Shown piece by piece: positions 47,300 to 58,442 of a stretch of 64,000 bases of DNA (positions are counted from its first letter, which is position 1; each line of letters opens with the position of its first letter). Both the position numbers and the translations under genes were made by a program. The stretch comes from Macrostomum hystrix (taxonomy: Eukaryota; Animalia; Platyhelminthes), in contig CATNEN010000029.1 in assembly GCA_950097015.1 (NCBI GenBank), positions 434,001 through 498,000 of the forward strand, written 5' to 3'. The notes under the pieces are model-generated. The model ran no database searches. It saw only the letters and a program-made list of their open reading frames with translations, and was not told where the DNA came from.

Positions 47300-50200
47300 G
47301 GTTAGCCAAGATTCAAACTCAGGTTTCGCCATGTTTTAAACCCTGGTGGGCTATGATTCAAACTCTCGTTTTGCCATGATTCAGACTCTGGTTGGCTATG
47401 ATTCAAACTCTGGTTTAGCCAAGATTCAAACTCTGGTTGGCTATGATTCAAACTCTGGTTTAGCCATGATTCAAACGCTGGGTTAGCCATGATTGAAACT
47501 CGGTTTTTGCCATGATTCAAACTCTGGTTTAGCCATGATTCAAACGCTGGGTTAGCCATGATTGAAACTCTGGTTTAGCCAAGATTCAAACTCTGGTTTA
47601 GCCATGATTCAGACTCTGGTTTAGCCATGATTCAAACTCTGGTGTAGCCATTATTCAAACTCTGGTTTAGCCATGATTCAAACTCTAGTTTAGCCATGAT
47701 TCAGACTCTGGTTTAGCCATGATTCAAACTCTGGTGTAGCCATTATTCAAACTCTGGTTTAGCCATGATTCAAACTCTAGTTTAGCCATGCTGATGATGA
47801 TGGTTTAGCCATGATTCAAACTCTAGTTTAGCCATGCTGATGATGATGGTTTAGCCATGATTTAGTCTCTGGTTTAGCCATGATTCAAACTCTGGTTTAG
47901 CCATGATTCAGACGCTGGTTTAGCCATGATTCAAACTCTGGTGTTGCCAATATTCAAACTCTGGTTTAGCCATGATTCAAACTCTGGTTTAGCCATGATT
48001 CAGACGCTGGTTTAGCCATGATTCAGACGCTGGTTTAGCCATGATTCAAACTCTGGTTTAGCCATGGTTCAAACTCTGGTTTAGCCATGATTCAGACTCT
48101 AGTTTAGCCATGATTCAGACTCTGGTTTAGCCATGATTCAGACTCTAGTTTAGCCATGATTCAGACTCTGGTTTAGCCATGATTCAGACTCTGGTTTAGC
48201 CATGATTCAGACTCTATTTTAGCAATGATTCAGACTATGGTTTAGCCATGATTCAGACTCTAGGTTAGCCATGATTCAAACGTTGGTTTAGCCATGATTC
48301 AGACTCTGGTTTAGCCATGACTCAAACTCTGGTTTAGCCATGATTCAAACTCTGGTTTAGCCATGATTCAAACTCTGGTTTAGCCATGATTCAAACTCTG
48401 GTTTAGCCATGATTCAAACTCTGGTTAAGCCATGATTCAAACTCTGGTTTAGCCATGATTCAAACTCTGGTTTAGCCATGATTCCGACTCTGGTTTAGCC
48501 ATGATTCAGACTCTGGTTTAGCCATGATTCAGACGCTGGTTTAGCCATGATTCAGACTCTGGTTTAGCCAAGATTCAAACTCTAGTTTAGCCATGATTCA
48601 AGATCTGGTTTAGCCATGATTCAAACTCTGGTTTAGCCATGATTCAGACTCTATTTTAGCAATGATTCAGACTATGGTTTAGCCATGATTCAGACTCTAG
48701 GTTAGCCATGATTCAAACGTTGGTTTAGCCATGATTCAGACTCTGGTTTAGCCATGACTCAAACTCTGGTTTAGCCATGATTCAAACTCTGGTTTAGCCA
48801 TGATTCAAACTCTGGTTTAGCCATGATTCAAACTCTGGTTTAGCCATGATTCAAACTCTGGTTAAGCCATGATTCAAACTCTGGTTTAGCCATGATTCAA
48901 ACTCTGGTTTAGCCATGATTCAGACTCTGGTTAGCCATGATTCAGACTCTGGTTTAGCCATGATTCAAACTCTGCTTTAGCCATGATTCAGACGCTGGTT
49001 TAGCCATGATTCAGACTCTGGTTTAGCCAAGATTCAAACTCTAGTTTAGCCATGATTCAAGATCTGGTTTAGCCATGATTCAAACTCTGGTTTAGCCATG
49101 ATTCAAACTCTGGTTTAGCCATGATTCAAACTCTGGTTAAGCCATGATTCAGACTCTGGTTTAGCCATGATTCAAACTCTGCTTTAGCCATGATTCAGAC
49201 GCTGGTTTAGCCATGATTCAGACTCTGGTTTAGCCATGATTCAAACTCTGGTTTAGCCATGATTCAGACTCTATTTTAGCAATGATTCAGACTATGGTTT
49301 AGCCATGATTCAGACTCTAGGTTAGCCATGATTCAAACGTTGGTTTAGCCATGATTCAGACTCTGGTTTAGCCATGACTCAAACTCTGGTTTAGCCATGA
49401 TTCAAACTCTGGTTTAGCCATGATTCAAACTCTGGTTTAGCCATGATTCAAACTCTGGTTTAGCCATGATTCAAACTCTGGTTAAGCCATGATTCAAACT
49501 CTGGTTTAGCCATGATTCAAACTCTGGTTTAGCCATGATTCAGACTCTGGTTTAGCCATGATTCAGACTCTGGTTTAGCCATGATTCAAACTCTGCTTTA
49601 GCCATGATTCAGACGCTGGTTTAGCCATGATTCAGACTCTGGTTTAGCCATGATTCAAACTCTAGTTTAGCCATGATTCAAGATCTGGTTTAGCCATGAT
49701 TCAAACTCTGGTGTAGCCATTATTCAAACTCTGGTTTAGCCATGATTCAAACTCTAGTTTAGCCATGCTGATGATGATGGTTAGCCATGATTCAAACTCT
49801 AGTTTAGCCATGCTGATGATGATGGTTTAGCCATGATTTAGTCTCTGGTTTAGCCATGATTCAAACTCTGGTTTAGCCATGATTCAGACGCTGGTTTAGC
49901 CATGATTCAAACTCTGGTGTTGCCAATATTCAAACTCTGGTTTAGCCATGATTCAAACTCTGGTTTAGCCATGATTCAGACGCTGGTTTAGCCATGATTC
50001 AGACGCTGGTTTAGCCATGATTCAAACTCTGGTTTAGCCATGGTTCAAACTCTGGTTTAGCCATGATTCAGACTCTAGTTTAGCCATGATTCAGACTCTG
50101 GTTTAGCCATGATTCAGACTCTAGTTTAGCCATGATTCAGACTCTGGTTTAGCCATGATTCAGACTCTGGTTTAGCCATGATTCAGACTCTATTTTAGCA

Positions 50201-50935
50201 ATGATTCAGACTATGGTTTAGCCATGATTCAGACTCTAGGTTAGCCATGATTCAAACGTTGGTTTAGCCATGATTCAGACTCTGGTTTAGCCATGACTCA
50301 AACTCTGGTTTAGCCATGATTCAAACTCTGGTTTAGCCATGATTCAAACTCTGGTTTAGCCATGATTCAAACTCTGGTTTAGCCATGATTCAAACTCTGG
50401 TTAAGCCATGATTCAGACTCTGGTTTAGCCATGATTCAAACTCTGCTTTAGCCATGATTCAGACGCTGGTTTAGCCATGATTCAGACTCTGGTTTAGCCA
50501 TGATTCAAACTCTAGTTAAGCCATGATTCAGACTCTGGTTTAGCCATGATTCAAACTCTGGTTTAGCCATGATTCAGACGCTGGTTTAGCCATGATTCAG
50601 ACTCTGGTTTAGCCATGATTCAAACTCTGGTTTAGCCATGATTCAAACTCTGGTTAAGCCATGATTCAGACTCTGGTTTAGCCATGATTCAAACTCTGGT
50701 TTAGCCATGATTCAGACTCTGGTTTAGCCATGATTCAAACTCTGGTTTAGCCATGATTCAAACTCTGGTTTAGCCATGATTCAAACTCTGGTTTAGCCAT
50801 GATTCAAACTCTGGTTTAGCCATGATTCAAACTCTGGTTTAGCAATGATTCAGACTCTGGTTTAGCCATGATTCAGACGCTGGTTTAGCCATGATTCAAG
50901 CTCTATTTTTGCCATGATTCAAATTCAGGTTTGCT
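47300..50935. repeat. About 3.6-kb 23-bp minisatellite with higher-order duplication
   Basis: Unit TTTAGCCATGATTCA(A/G)ACTCTGG. Confidence 0.97.
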
Positions 50936-52956
50936 ATGATTTATGATATTTTATTTACGAAATGAAAAAAATAAATCAAAATAATCTTCAATCACTACTG
51001 GCTGAAAATTAGTCTAAATGATTTGACGCAGTGCAGAATCGAACCCTAGCCTAGCCTAACTTATTCCTAGTGCCTAACACATCGGCTATTCCGACTGTTG
51101 GTTAGTGGGTGCAGAAATCAGCCTTATAAAATGAATTCTCAAAGTTCTGGCTTTGTACAATGAAGTAAGAAAATAGAGTACACTCAGTCTCGCGGTTGGT
51201 TGTGTACATTTATTTCCAATTTGTCTCCAGAGTGCAGGCTTCAAATTCAATCAGCTAGGGGTTGTTGCGCAATTTGACGATGCAATTCTAATTCAGTGGC
51301 AGTGAGTGGTTTGACCTTTGAATTTGACCTTTGAAAAATCATGTTTTTCGAATATTTAATCCCCTTAGCAATAAAGTTAAGCTTAATAAAAATACGTGTA
51401 CAATTGTCCCCATATTTAGCATCTTTTGGTGAAGAAATGGTGAAAATCGGTTGAGCCGTTCGGGAGAAAATCAATTACAAGCAACCAACCATTTCATTTT
51501 TAGTATAGTGGAGGATGGTCTATATGCACATTATGTAATGCACAAAGATTATGCAAAAAACTCAGCCCCTATATGATTATGATTGCCTATATAATTTTTT
51601 TACAATTTTTTAATATAAAGCGAATATACTACAAAAATAGCAGGAAACTAAGAATATCTCCAAAAAATCTTTATTTAGCTGTTTCTCTTCCTTATTGCTT
51701 ATTTAGATATCCTTGAAACAAGTTTTTAATTAATAGCATTAAAAGTAGCGTAATGTAAGATTATTTGTAGCAAAAAGTACAGTTTAAATATTCTAAGTAA
51801 GTAAAAAATCACACCAACGCGGTTGCAAATTTATTCAGTGGGAAAGTTCCATCAATGTTCTCGATAGATTATTTCAACGCAACTCTTAAATAGAAAATTA
51901 CTTCATGATTATTTCTTACAAAATGTGTAATTTGAATTTTAGACGGAGAAGGAGCGCATTATAAGTTGGGTGACAGCTAAAATGCACGAATAAAAAAATA
52001 ATTACATTTTTAATTGTCTTTTTTGCAATATTAAAGCAGTTTTTTTTCGTCAAGTTTATTTTGCATGTTCAAACAAAATCGTCAGATACCGCTGCCCGCC
52101 ACGAACAACTGTCAGTGGTCTTTGTCTTAAACTTCATTCTTTATTCATACCTATAGTTGTAAAATTTCCTAGTAAGACATATATCAGCAGTAAAAATGTG
52201 GTAGATCATCGTATATAAAACGAGTTGTTGTATGTTATAAGCGAATATTAATTATTATATTCGTAATAATTAAATGTACGCCTGCGAATATATATGTATT
52301 GGTTACAATGTTTAAGAAAATTCCAATCGGAATATTAATATAACATTTTGCTAACCCGTGCTCAAATTAACAAATATATATGTTGCGCATTCGACAACTA
52401 TCTCAACTATGTCCTATATAGCAAGACAACTATATAAAATGCATAAATTCTATCGACTTACAGTCACTATAGTAAGCAAATTATAGACAATCATGAAATA
52501 AATTTTACAGGTATTTTAAAAATGGTATTTCTTTAGAACTCAGAACCACTCTGTGTCTATTAACAAAAAGAGAAAGAAACATTTTCAGCACGAATTTTTT
52601 ATTTAGTACTCGTGTATTACTCGCGTAAACACGTACATTTTTTATACTTTTTTAACATTGGTTTTTCTGGTACGAACAGTCGCTTTTTGCAATGCTAAGC
52701 AAAAAATTCCCCATACGAGTAAAAATATAGGACAAGTCTGTCAAATGTAGCTGAATATTTTAATGCAACTGGATATTTTAATGCAGTCATGAATACCTTA
52801 CAAAAATATTAGTTATGATTAAAAGTAAATGTAAAGTCCATGTGGCTTCTTGTAATTCTTGTAATTTGAATATACTGTAATGCTAACTTTAGTTTTAATC
52901 CATTATATCCGATTCAATCAGCGGCTGAACAGATATTTGCTGGACCGCCACCCGGC

Positions 52957-53868
52957 TCACTTGGCGGGGCGGAGGGCGTCCAGCACGGCGCAGATGTCGC
53001 CCTCCTTGGCCAGCAGCAGGCGGGTCAGCCAGCCTCCGTCATCGCTGAACCCCATGGCGCGCATGTGATCCAAAGCCCTGGCCACGCGCGGGTCCAGCGA
53101 TGCCTCCTGGCTGTTGCCATGCCAACCGGCTGCCGCGGATGCGGCCTCCTCCGGCCGCTCATCGGTCGCCATCGCCTCGGCGGATTTGGCAGCCGGACGC
53201 GGAGGCTGCGGCGTCGACGCCGGCTTGGAGGCCGCGGCGGCTTCTTCGAGGTCGGCCGCTGCGGCAGCGACGGCGGCTTCGGCGGCCTCGGCAGCCTTGG
53301 CGAAGAAGTCGCCGAAGCGCGGGCCGCAGCCTCCGGGGCCGGCTCGTCGGCAGCCGCCGCCACCGCCGCGGAAGCCGCCGAAGCTGCAGTGGCCGCCGCG
53401 GCGGAAGAAGCGAGCGGCAGGAAAGTCGTCGGGCCGCCGGATGAGGATCATGGGATGCTGGCTGTGGCTGCCCGCATTCATGCAGGCTGAGCAGAGGTCA
53501 AAGTCGGGGCACAGGAGGCACTTGAAGCGGTGGCCAGTCACGCCCGACTCGCAGCCGTCGCACCTGACGCCCTCGTGAACGACCGTCGATTCGCCGACGC
53601 TCACGAAGATTTTTACGGCGTCGCCAGGCCTTCCGTCCTGCCTGCCGGCGACGCTGCGAAGGGCCTCGTGCAGCTCGGCCGTCGAGCTCATCGCCACCCG
53701 GTCGCCTTCCTCGTCCTGCCAGCGCAGCCGAATCTGCTGGGTCGGCTCGATGGAGAACGCTGCCTGCAGCTGCTCCACCAGGCTGGGGTAGCTCGCCTGC
53801 CCCGCCAGACTGAGGCGCCGGATCTCGTTGCCATAGTAACACTTGAGAGTCACGAGCGACGTAGACAT
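52957..53868 (-). CDS. SQSTM1: Sequestosome-1/p62 (ref(2)P) autophagy receptor: PB1-ZZ-UBA, intronless, 303 aa
   Basis: Single ORF with a PB1 domain (TLKCYYGNEIRR...RLRWQDEEGDRVAMSSTAELHEAL), a ZZ zinc finger (HEGVRCDGCESGVTGHRFKCLLCPDFDLCSACMNAGSHSQH) and a p62-type UBA (DPRVARALDHMRAMGFSDDGGWLTRLLLAKEGDICAVLDAL). Confidence 0.95.
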   Translation of the reverse strand: MSTSLVTLKCYYGNEIRRLSLAGQASYPSLVEQLQAAFSIEPTQQIRLRWQDEEGDRVAMSSTAELHEALRSVAGRQDGRPGDAVKIFVSVGESTVVHEGVRCDGCESGVTGHRFKCLLCPDFDLCSACMNAGSHSQHPMILIRRPDDFPAARFFRRGGHCSFGGFRGGGGGCRRAGPGGCGPRFGDFFAKAAEAAEAAVAAAAADLEEAAAASKPASTPQPPRPAAKSAEAMATDERPEEAASAAAGWHGNSQEASLDPRVARALDHMRAMGFSDDGGWLTRLLLAKEGDICAVLDALRPAK

Positions 53869-53962
53869 TGTATGCGGGAATTCGCAAAGCAGTATTTTTA
53901 GTTGAAGCTCGGTGCTGATGCTTGACGATTCTCCTTGGCTCCTTGCTGGCCAGAAGCTGCTG

Positions 53963-53970
53963 CTTTTATA
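53963..53970 (-). promoter_or_regulatory. Candidate TATA box of SQSTM1/p62
   Basis: TATAAAAG on the minus strand about 95-100 nt upstream of the ATG at 53868, in GC-rich context. Confidence 0.5.
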
Positions 53971-54479
53971 CTGCCTCCAGCGCTGCTACGGCCGCTGCCA
54001 CGCAGCTCCTACGTTGCGGCTGCGTCGGTGATACGTTTCCGCAGGCCGTCAGTGAGAGAGACTCGGGGATTCCCTGTTGTTGCTATTTTTAGGCATTGCG
54101 CACAGAGCAAGAATTGTCCGCGGTTGTTGGTTGTTCAAGTGTACACTCCTTTTTGGGGGTGGCAATTCTTAGATAGGAAGAAAAAGCTATTTTTTAACTA
54201 AGCACACGTCACGTTGCATTTTCGTTTTTTATCTCCCACAATTATTGACGGATATTGTAATAATCGTGTGCATAAAAAATAATGGCAAAAGGCACTGCTT
54301 ACGGCAAAGGGTGCGTAAAAAACTCGAAATGGTTTTATTTTAAATAGAACTTAAGACAAAAATTTTCCTTGCGATTCTACCGTTATAATCTGTTCACGCC
54401 TTTGTTTACAATCGCAATTTGTCTACTTTGTCTAATCTCGCTTATGTCCACTTCCGCCTTTTTCTACTCTGGCCCTTTT

Positions 54480-54952
54480 CTTCTCTCGCATTTGTATTCT
54501 CTCGCATTTGTATTCTCTCGCATTTGTCTTCTCTCGCCTTTTATTCTCTCGCCTTTTTCTTCTCTCGCCTTTGTCTACTCTCGACTTTGTCTACTCTCGC
54601 CCTTTTCTTCTTTCGCATTTGTCTTCTCTCGCCTTTGTCAACTCTCGCCCTTTTCTTCTCTCGCCTTTATCTACTCTCGCCTTTTTCTTCTCTCGCCTTT
54701 GTCTACTCTCGCCTTTGTCTACTATCGCTTTTGTCTACTCCAGCTTTTGTCAACTCTCGCCTTTGTCTTCTCTCGCCTTTGTCTACTCTCGTCTTTGTCT
54801 ACTCTCGCCTTTGTCTACTCTCGTCTTTGTCTACTCTCGCCTTTGTCTTCTCTCGCCTTTGTCTACTCTCGTCTTTGTCTACTCTCGCCTTTGTCTACTC
54901 TCGTCTTTGTCTACTCTCGTCTTTGTCTACTCTCGCCTTTGTCTACTCTCGC
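54480..54952. repeat. 16-bp minisatellite overlapping the 3' end of the RING-NHL ORF
   Basis: Unit CTCTCGCCTTTGTCTA. Confidence 0.9.
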
Positions 54953-56864
54953 CATCGTCTGTCTCAAGCCCCAGATTGGCCAGGTCAAACACCAGCGCGT
55001 GACTTGCTCTAGCTCGCCTGGCCACAATGAGCCGGCCGCAGGCTGCGTCAAAGTGCACCGCCCCAATGTCGGCGTCGTTTCCGGCGTCTACGCAGCCGGG
55101 GCAGCCGCAGGCGCAGGCGAAGCCGCAGGGCAGCTCGGCCAGCCGCCGCCCGTTGGCCAGATCGCAAATGGCGACACATTTTTCGACGATTCGCGCCAAC
55201 GCTGTTGACGAACAAGCAGCCGTCAACGCTGTCGCCGTCGCTACAGGCGGCCACGGCGACAGTGATAGGCGAGGTGATGTTAAATATTAGTTCGGTGACG
55301 CCATTGTTCTTTCCGGGCTCGAGCAGATGCCGACGATCGATCACCAGCACGCAGCTGGATGCGCTGTCGGCGACGCAGACGCGACCGGCGCCAACGGCGA
55401 TCGCCCTACCGTAGCGGAGTTTCGAATGTCGAAAGACGCAATCAACGTCGGCCTTGCCCTCGCCGTTGTCGTCAACAGAATTCGCTGGAACCAAACGTTG
55501 CCGGCGCCAACGAAAGGCGCGCAGCTCAGTGCCGTTCGCAGTTAGCGCGAAGACACAGTCGCCGTTACCCGAGGCGTCGGAGCAGACAGCATTCGGCCTG
55601 GGAATTCCGGTCAGACGCTGACGGCAACGACCGTCGAGGTCGCAGACCACCAGGCGATGTCGGTAGAAGTCAGTCAGCACCACCAGCGGTCTACCTGTGA
55701 AAACATTTACGACGAAGCCTCAGACAAATAGCTCTAATCTGTGGCGAGAATAATCGATTACTGAGCTAAAAGTACATATTAATAATAAAAATAATTTGCG
55801 ACACTATAGACCCGCAGCCAGCGAGGTGGCAATCCTACCCATTTCGCTGACTCCTGAGCACACACGCACACAGATACTGTACGCAGGCATGCACTCACAC
55901 AGGTGTGTACATCTGCCCTGACTTTCTCATCGTCAGGCAGTGTACACTCTCATTGTGCCTTGGAGGTTGGCCCTCAATGGCGTAAATTGCACGAAAAGCC
56001 CCCAAGCCTTCTCTCCGCGGCTGCGCCCCAAATGAATGTGGCCTCGCCGCGGAATCGAGCTTAGGGATTTTAGCGCGAGAGGCAAACGCGATAACCGCTT
56101 TACCACCGACCCCCACAAAAAGTAAATTTTACCATCGACGCCACTGTTGTCGCCTCGGCCGCCAGGCCAGGCTAGGCAGAATCCGGAAATGGTGTACTCT
56201 TCCTCGCCTAAGTCGGGCGCAAGCACCGGTCTGGCTGTGTCGCCATCCTCGCCGGCGACAGTCGCCCACAACCGCTGATTATTGGCGTCGCGTAGAATAG
56301 CCGCCACTCCGCTGTGCTGGCCGCCGACACCAGTTTTCGCCGTCGCCGTTGGCCAGCACTGAAAAGTGAGCGGCGGCCCGGGAAAGTGCAAAACTGCTTC
56401 TGGTCGAAGCAGCTCCTGAGATTGTCGAAGCCGACGCAGCAGCGGCACCAGGCTCAGCTGGCCCTGTCGGGCGAGGTCTTTGTTGTCGACTGACTTCGGC
56501 CACAGGCTGAGGAGATCGGCCAGGGCGGCGAGCGAGCTGCGATCAAATTTGCAGTGGATTGAATCTATTAAGCTATTTATACAAATTATGCTACTGTAAG
56601 CAGTGCGATGCAGACATGTCCTCACCGATGCGGCGAGGTCCCGCGGCAGTGGGCCCGACATACCGGACAGCGAATCCTTGGCCTGTCGAGCCCGGCCAGT
56701 TCCCAGCCATCGCCTGGAAGGCAGCGCCGACAGACCGCGTGCTGGCAGGGCTGCAGAGACTGCGGGTCGCGGCACAACCCGCCGCAGGCTGGGCACGCGG
56801 CAAGGCCGCGAATCTCCGCCAGCACCGAGTCGCGATTGGCCGGGCGGTAGCTGCCGTCGGTCAT
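54927..56864 (-). CDS. RING-finger + NHL-like beta-propeller putative E3 ubiquitin ligase (malin/NHLRC1- or TRIM-NHL-like architecture), 3 exons, about 469 aa once a +1 frameshift at about 55179-55183 is corrected
   Basis: Exons 56864-56626 (C3HC4 RING: CPAC...PCQHAVCRRC...CPVC), 56536-56133 and 55694-54927. Introns are GT-AG and phase-consistent. NHL-like blades: VVLTDFYRHRLVVCDLDG..IPRPNAV, YGRAIAVGAGRVCVADSASSCVLVID, DGCLFV...CVAICDL, DIGAVHFDAACGRLIVA. The total is 1411 nt, one base over a multiple of 3. Confidence 0.72.
55775..56110 (-). mobile_element. SINE family A copy in intron 2 of the RING-NHL gene
   Basis: The reverse complement gives GGTGGTAAAGCGGTTATCGCG...GCTCGATTCCGCGGCGAGGCCAC followed by the same body as 44860-45150. 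Confidence 0.8.
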
Positions 56865-56997
56865 TGCTGCCTGCCGTTGATCAGTTGATCGATTGGATGC
56901 AATTATTCTGCCAGATTAGAAAGGAAAACTCGTATATTTCCAGCAATGACTTCCTGCAGTCATTGGGAATAACCTCGACCAGTTAGTGCGAAATAAC

Positions 56998-57450
56998 TCA
57001 TTGAGATGAAAGAGTGACATCCCCGAGTAATTGAAAACAATGACCTCCCCTGTCATTGAGATGAAAGAGTGACATCCCCGAGTAATTGAAAACAATGACC
57101 TCCCCTGTCATTGAGATGAAAGAGTGACATCCCCGAGTAATTGGAAACAATGACCTCCCCTGTCATTGAGATGAAAGAGTGACATCCCCGAGTAATTGAA
57201 AACAATGACCTCCCCTGTCATTGAGATGAAAGAGTGACATCCCCGAGTAATTGAAAACAATGACCTCCCCTGTCATTGAGATGAAAGAGTGACATCCCCG
57301 AGTAATTGAAAACAATGACCTCCCCTGTCATTGAGATGAAAGAGTGACATCCCCGAGTAATTGGAAACAATGACCTCCCCTGTCATTGAGATGAAAGAGT
57401 GACATCCCCGAGTAATTGGAAACAATGACCTCCCCTGTCATTGAGATTAA
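56998..57450. repeat. 55-bp minisatellite about 130 bp upstream of the RING-NHL ATG
   Basis: Unit GTCATTGAGATGAAAGAGTGACATCCCCGAGTAATTGAAAACAATGACCTCCCCT, about 8 copies. Confidence 0.95.
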
Positions 57451-57496
57451 AGAATTACCTCCATCAGTCATCGTGGTGAAAAATTGACATCTACCC

Positions 57497-58442
57497 AGTG
57501 TTTGAGATGATTGACCTCGCCCCCAAGTGTTTGAGATGATTGACCTCGCCCCCAGTGTTTGAGATGATTGACCTCGCCCCCAGTGTTTGAGATGATTGAC
57601 CTCGCCCCAAGTGTTTGAGATGATTGACCTCGCCTCCAGTGTTTGAGATGATTGACCTCGCCCCCAGTGTTTGAGATGATTGACCTCGCCCCAAGTGTTT
57701 GAGATGATTGACCTCGCCCCCAGTGTTTGAGATGATTGACCTCGCCCCAAGTGTTTGAGATGATTGACCTCGCCCCAAGTGTTTGAGATGATTGACCTCG
57801 CCCCAAGTGTTTGAGATGATTGACCTCGCCCCCAGTGTTTGAGATGATTGACCTCGCCCCCAGTGTTTGAGATGATTGACCTCGCCCCAGTGTTTGAGAT
57901 GATTGACCTCGCCCCCAGTGTTTGAGATGATTGACCTCGCCCCCAGTGTTTGAGATGATTGACCTCGCCTCCAGTGTTTGAGATGATTGACCTCGCCCCA
58001 AGTGTTTGAGATGATTGACCTCGCCCCAAGTGTTTGAGATGATTGACCTCGCCCCAAGTGTTTGAGATGATTGACCTCGCCCCAAGTGTTTGAGATGATT
58101 GACCTCGCCCCCAGTGTTTGAGATGATTGACCTCGCCCCCAGTGTTTGAGATGATTGACCTCGCCCCCAGTGTTTGAGATGATTGACCTCGCCTCCAGTG
58201 TTTGAGATGATTGACCTCGCCCCAAGTGTTTGAGATGATTGACCTCGCCCCAAGTGTTTGAGATGATTGACCTCGCCCCAAGTGTTTGAGATGATTGACC
58301 TCGCCCCAAGTGTTTGAGATGATTGACCTCGCCCCCAGTGTTTGAGATGATTGACCTCGCCCCCAGTGTTTGAGATGATTGACCTCGCCCCCAGTGTTTG
58401 AGATGATTGACCTCGCCCCAAGTGTTTGAGATGATTGACCCC
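57497..58442. repeat. 27-29-bp minisatellite
   Basis: Unit GTGTTTGAGATGATTGACCTCGCCCC(C/A)A. Confidence 0.95.

Noticed and set aside
47791-47850. C/D-box snoRNA (TGATGA motifs)
   Set aside because: The motif is a duplicated variant within the 23-bp array, with no terminal stem or guide region.
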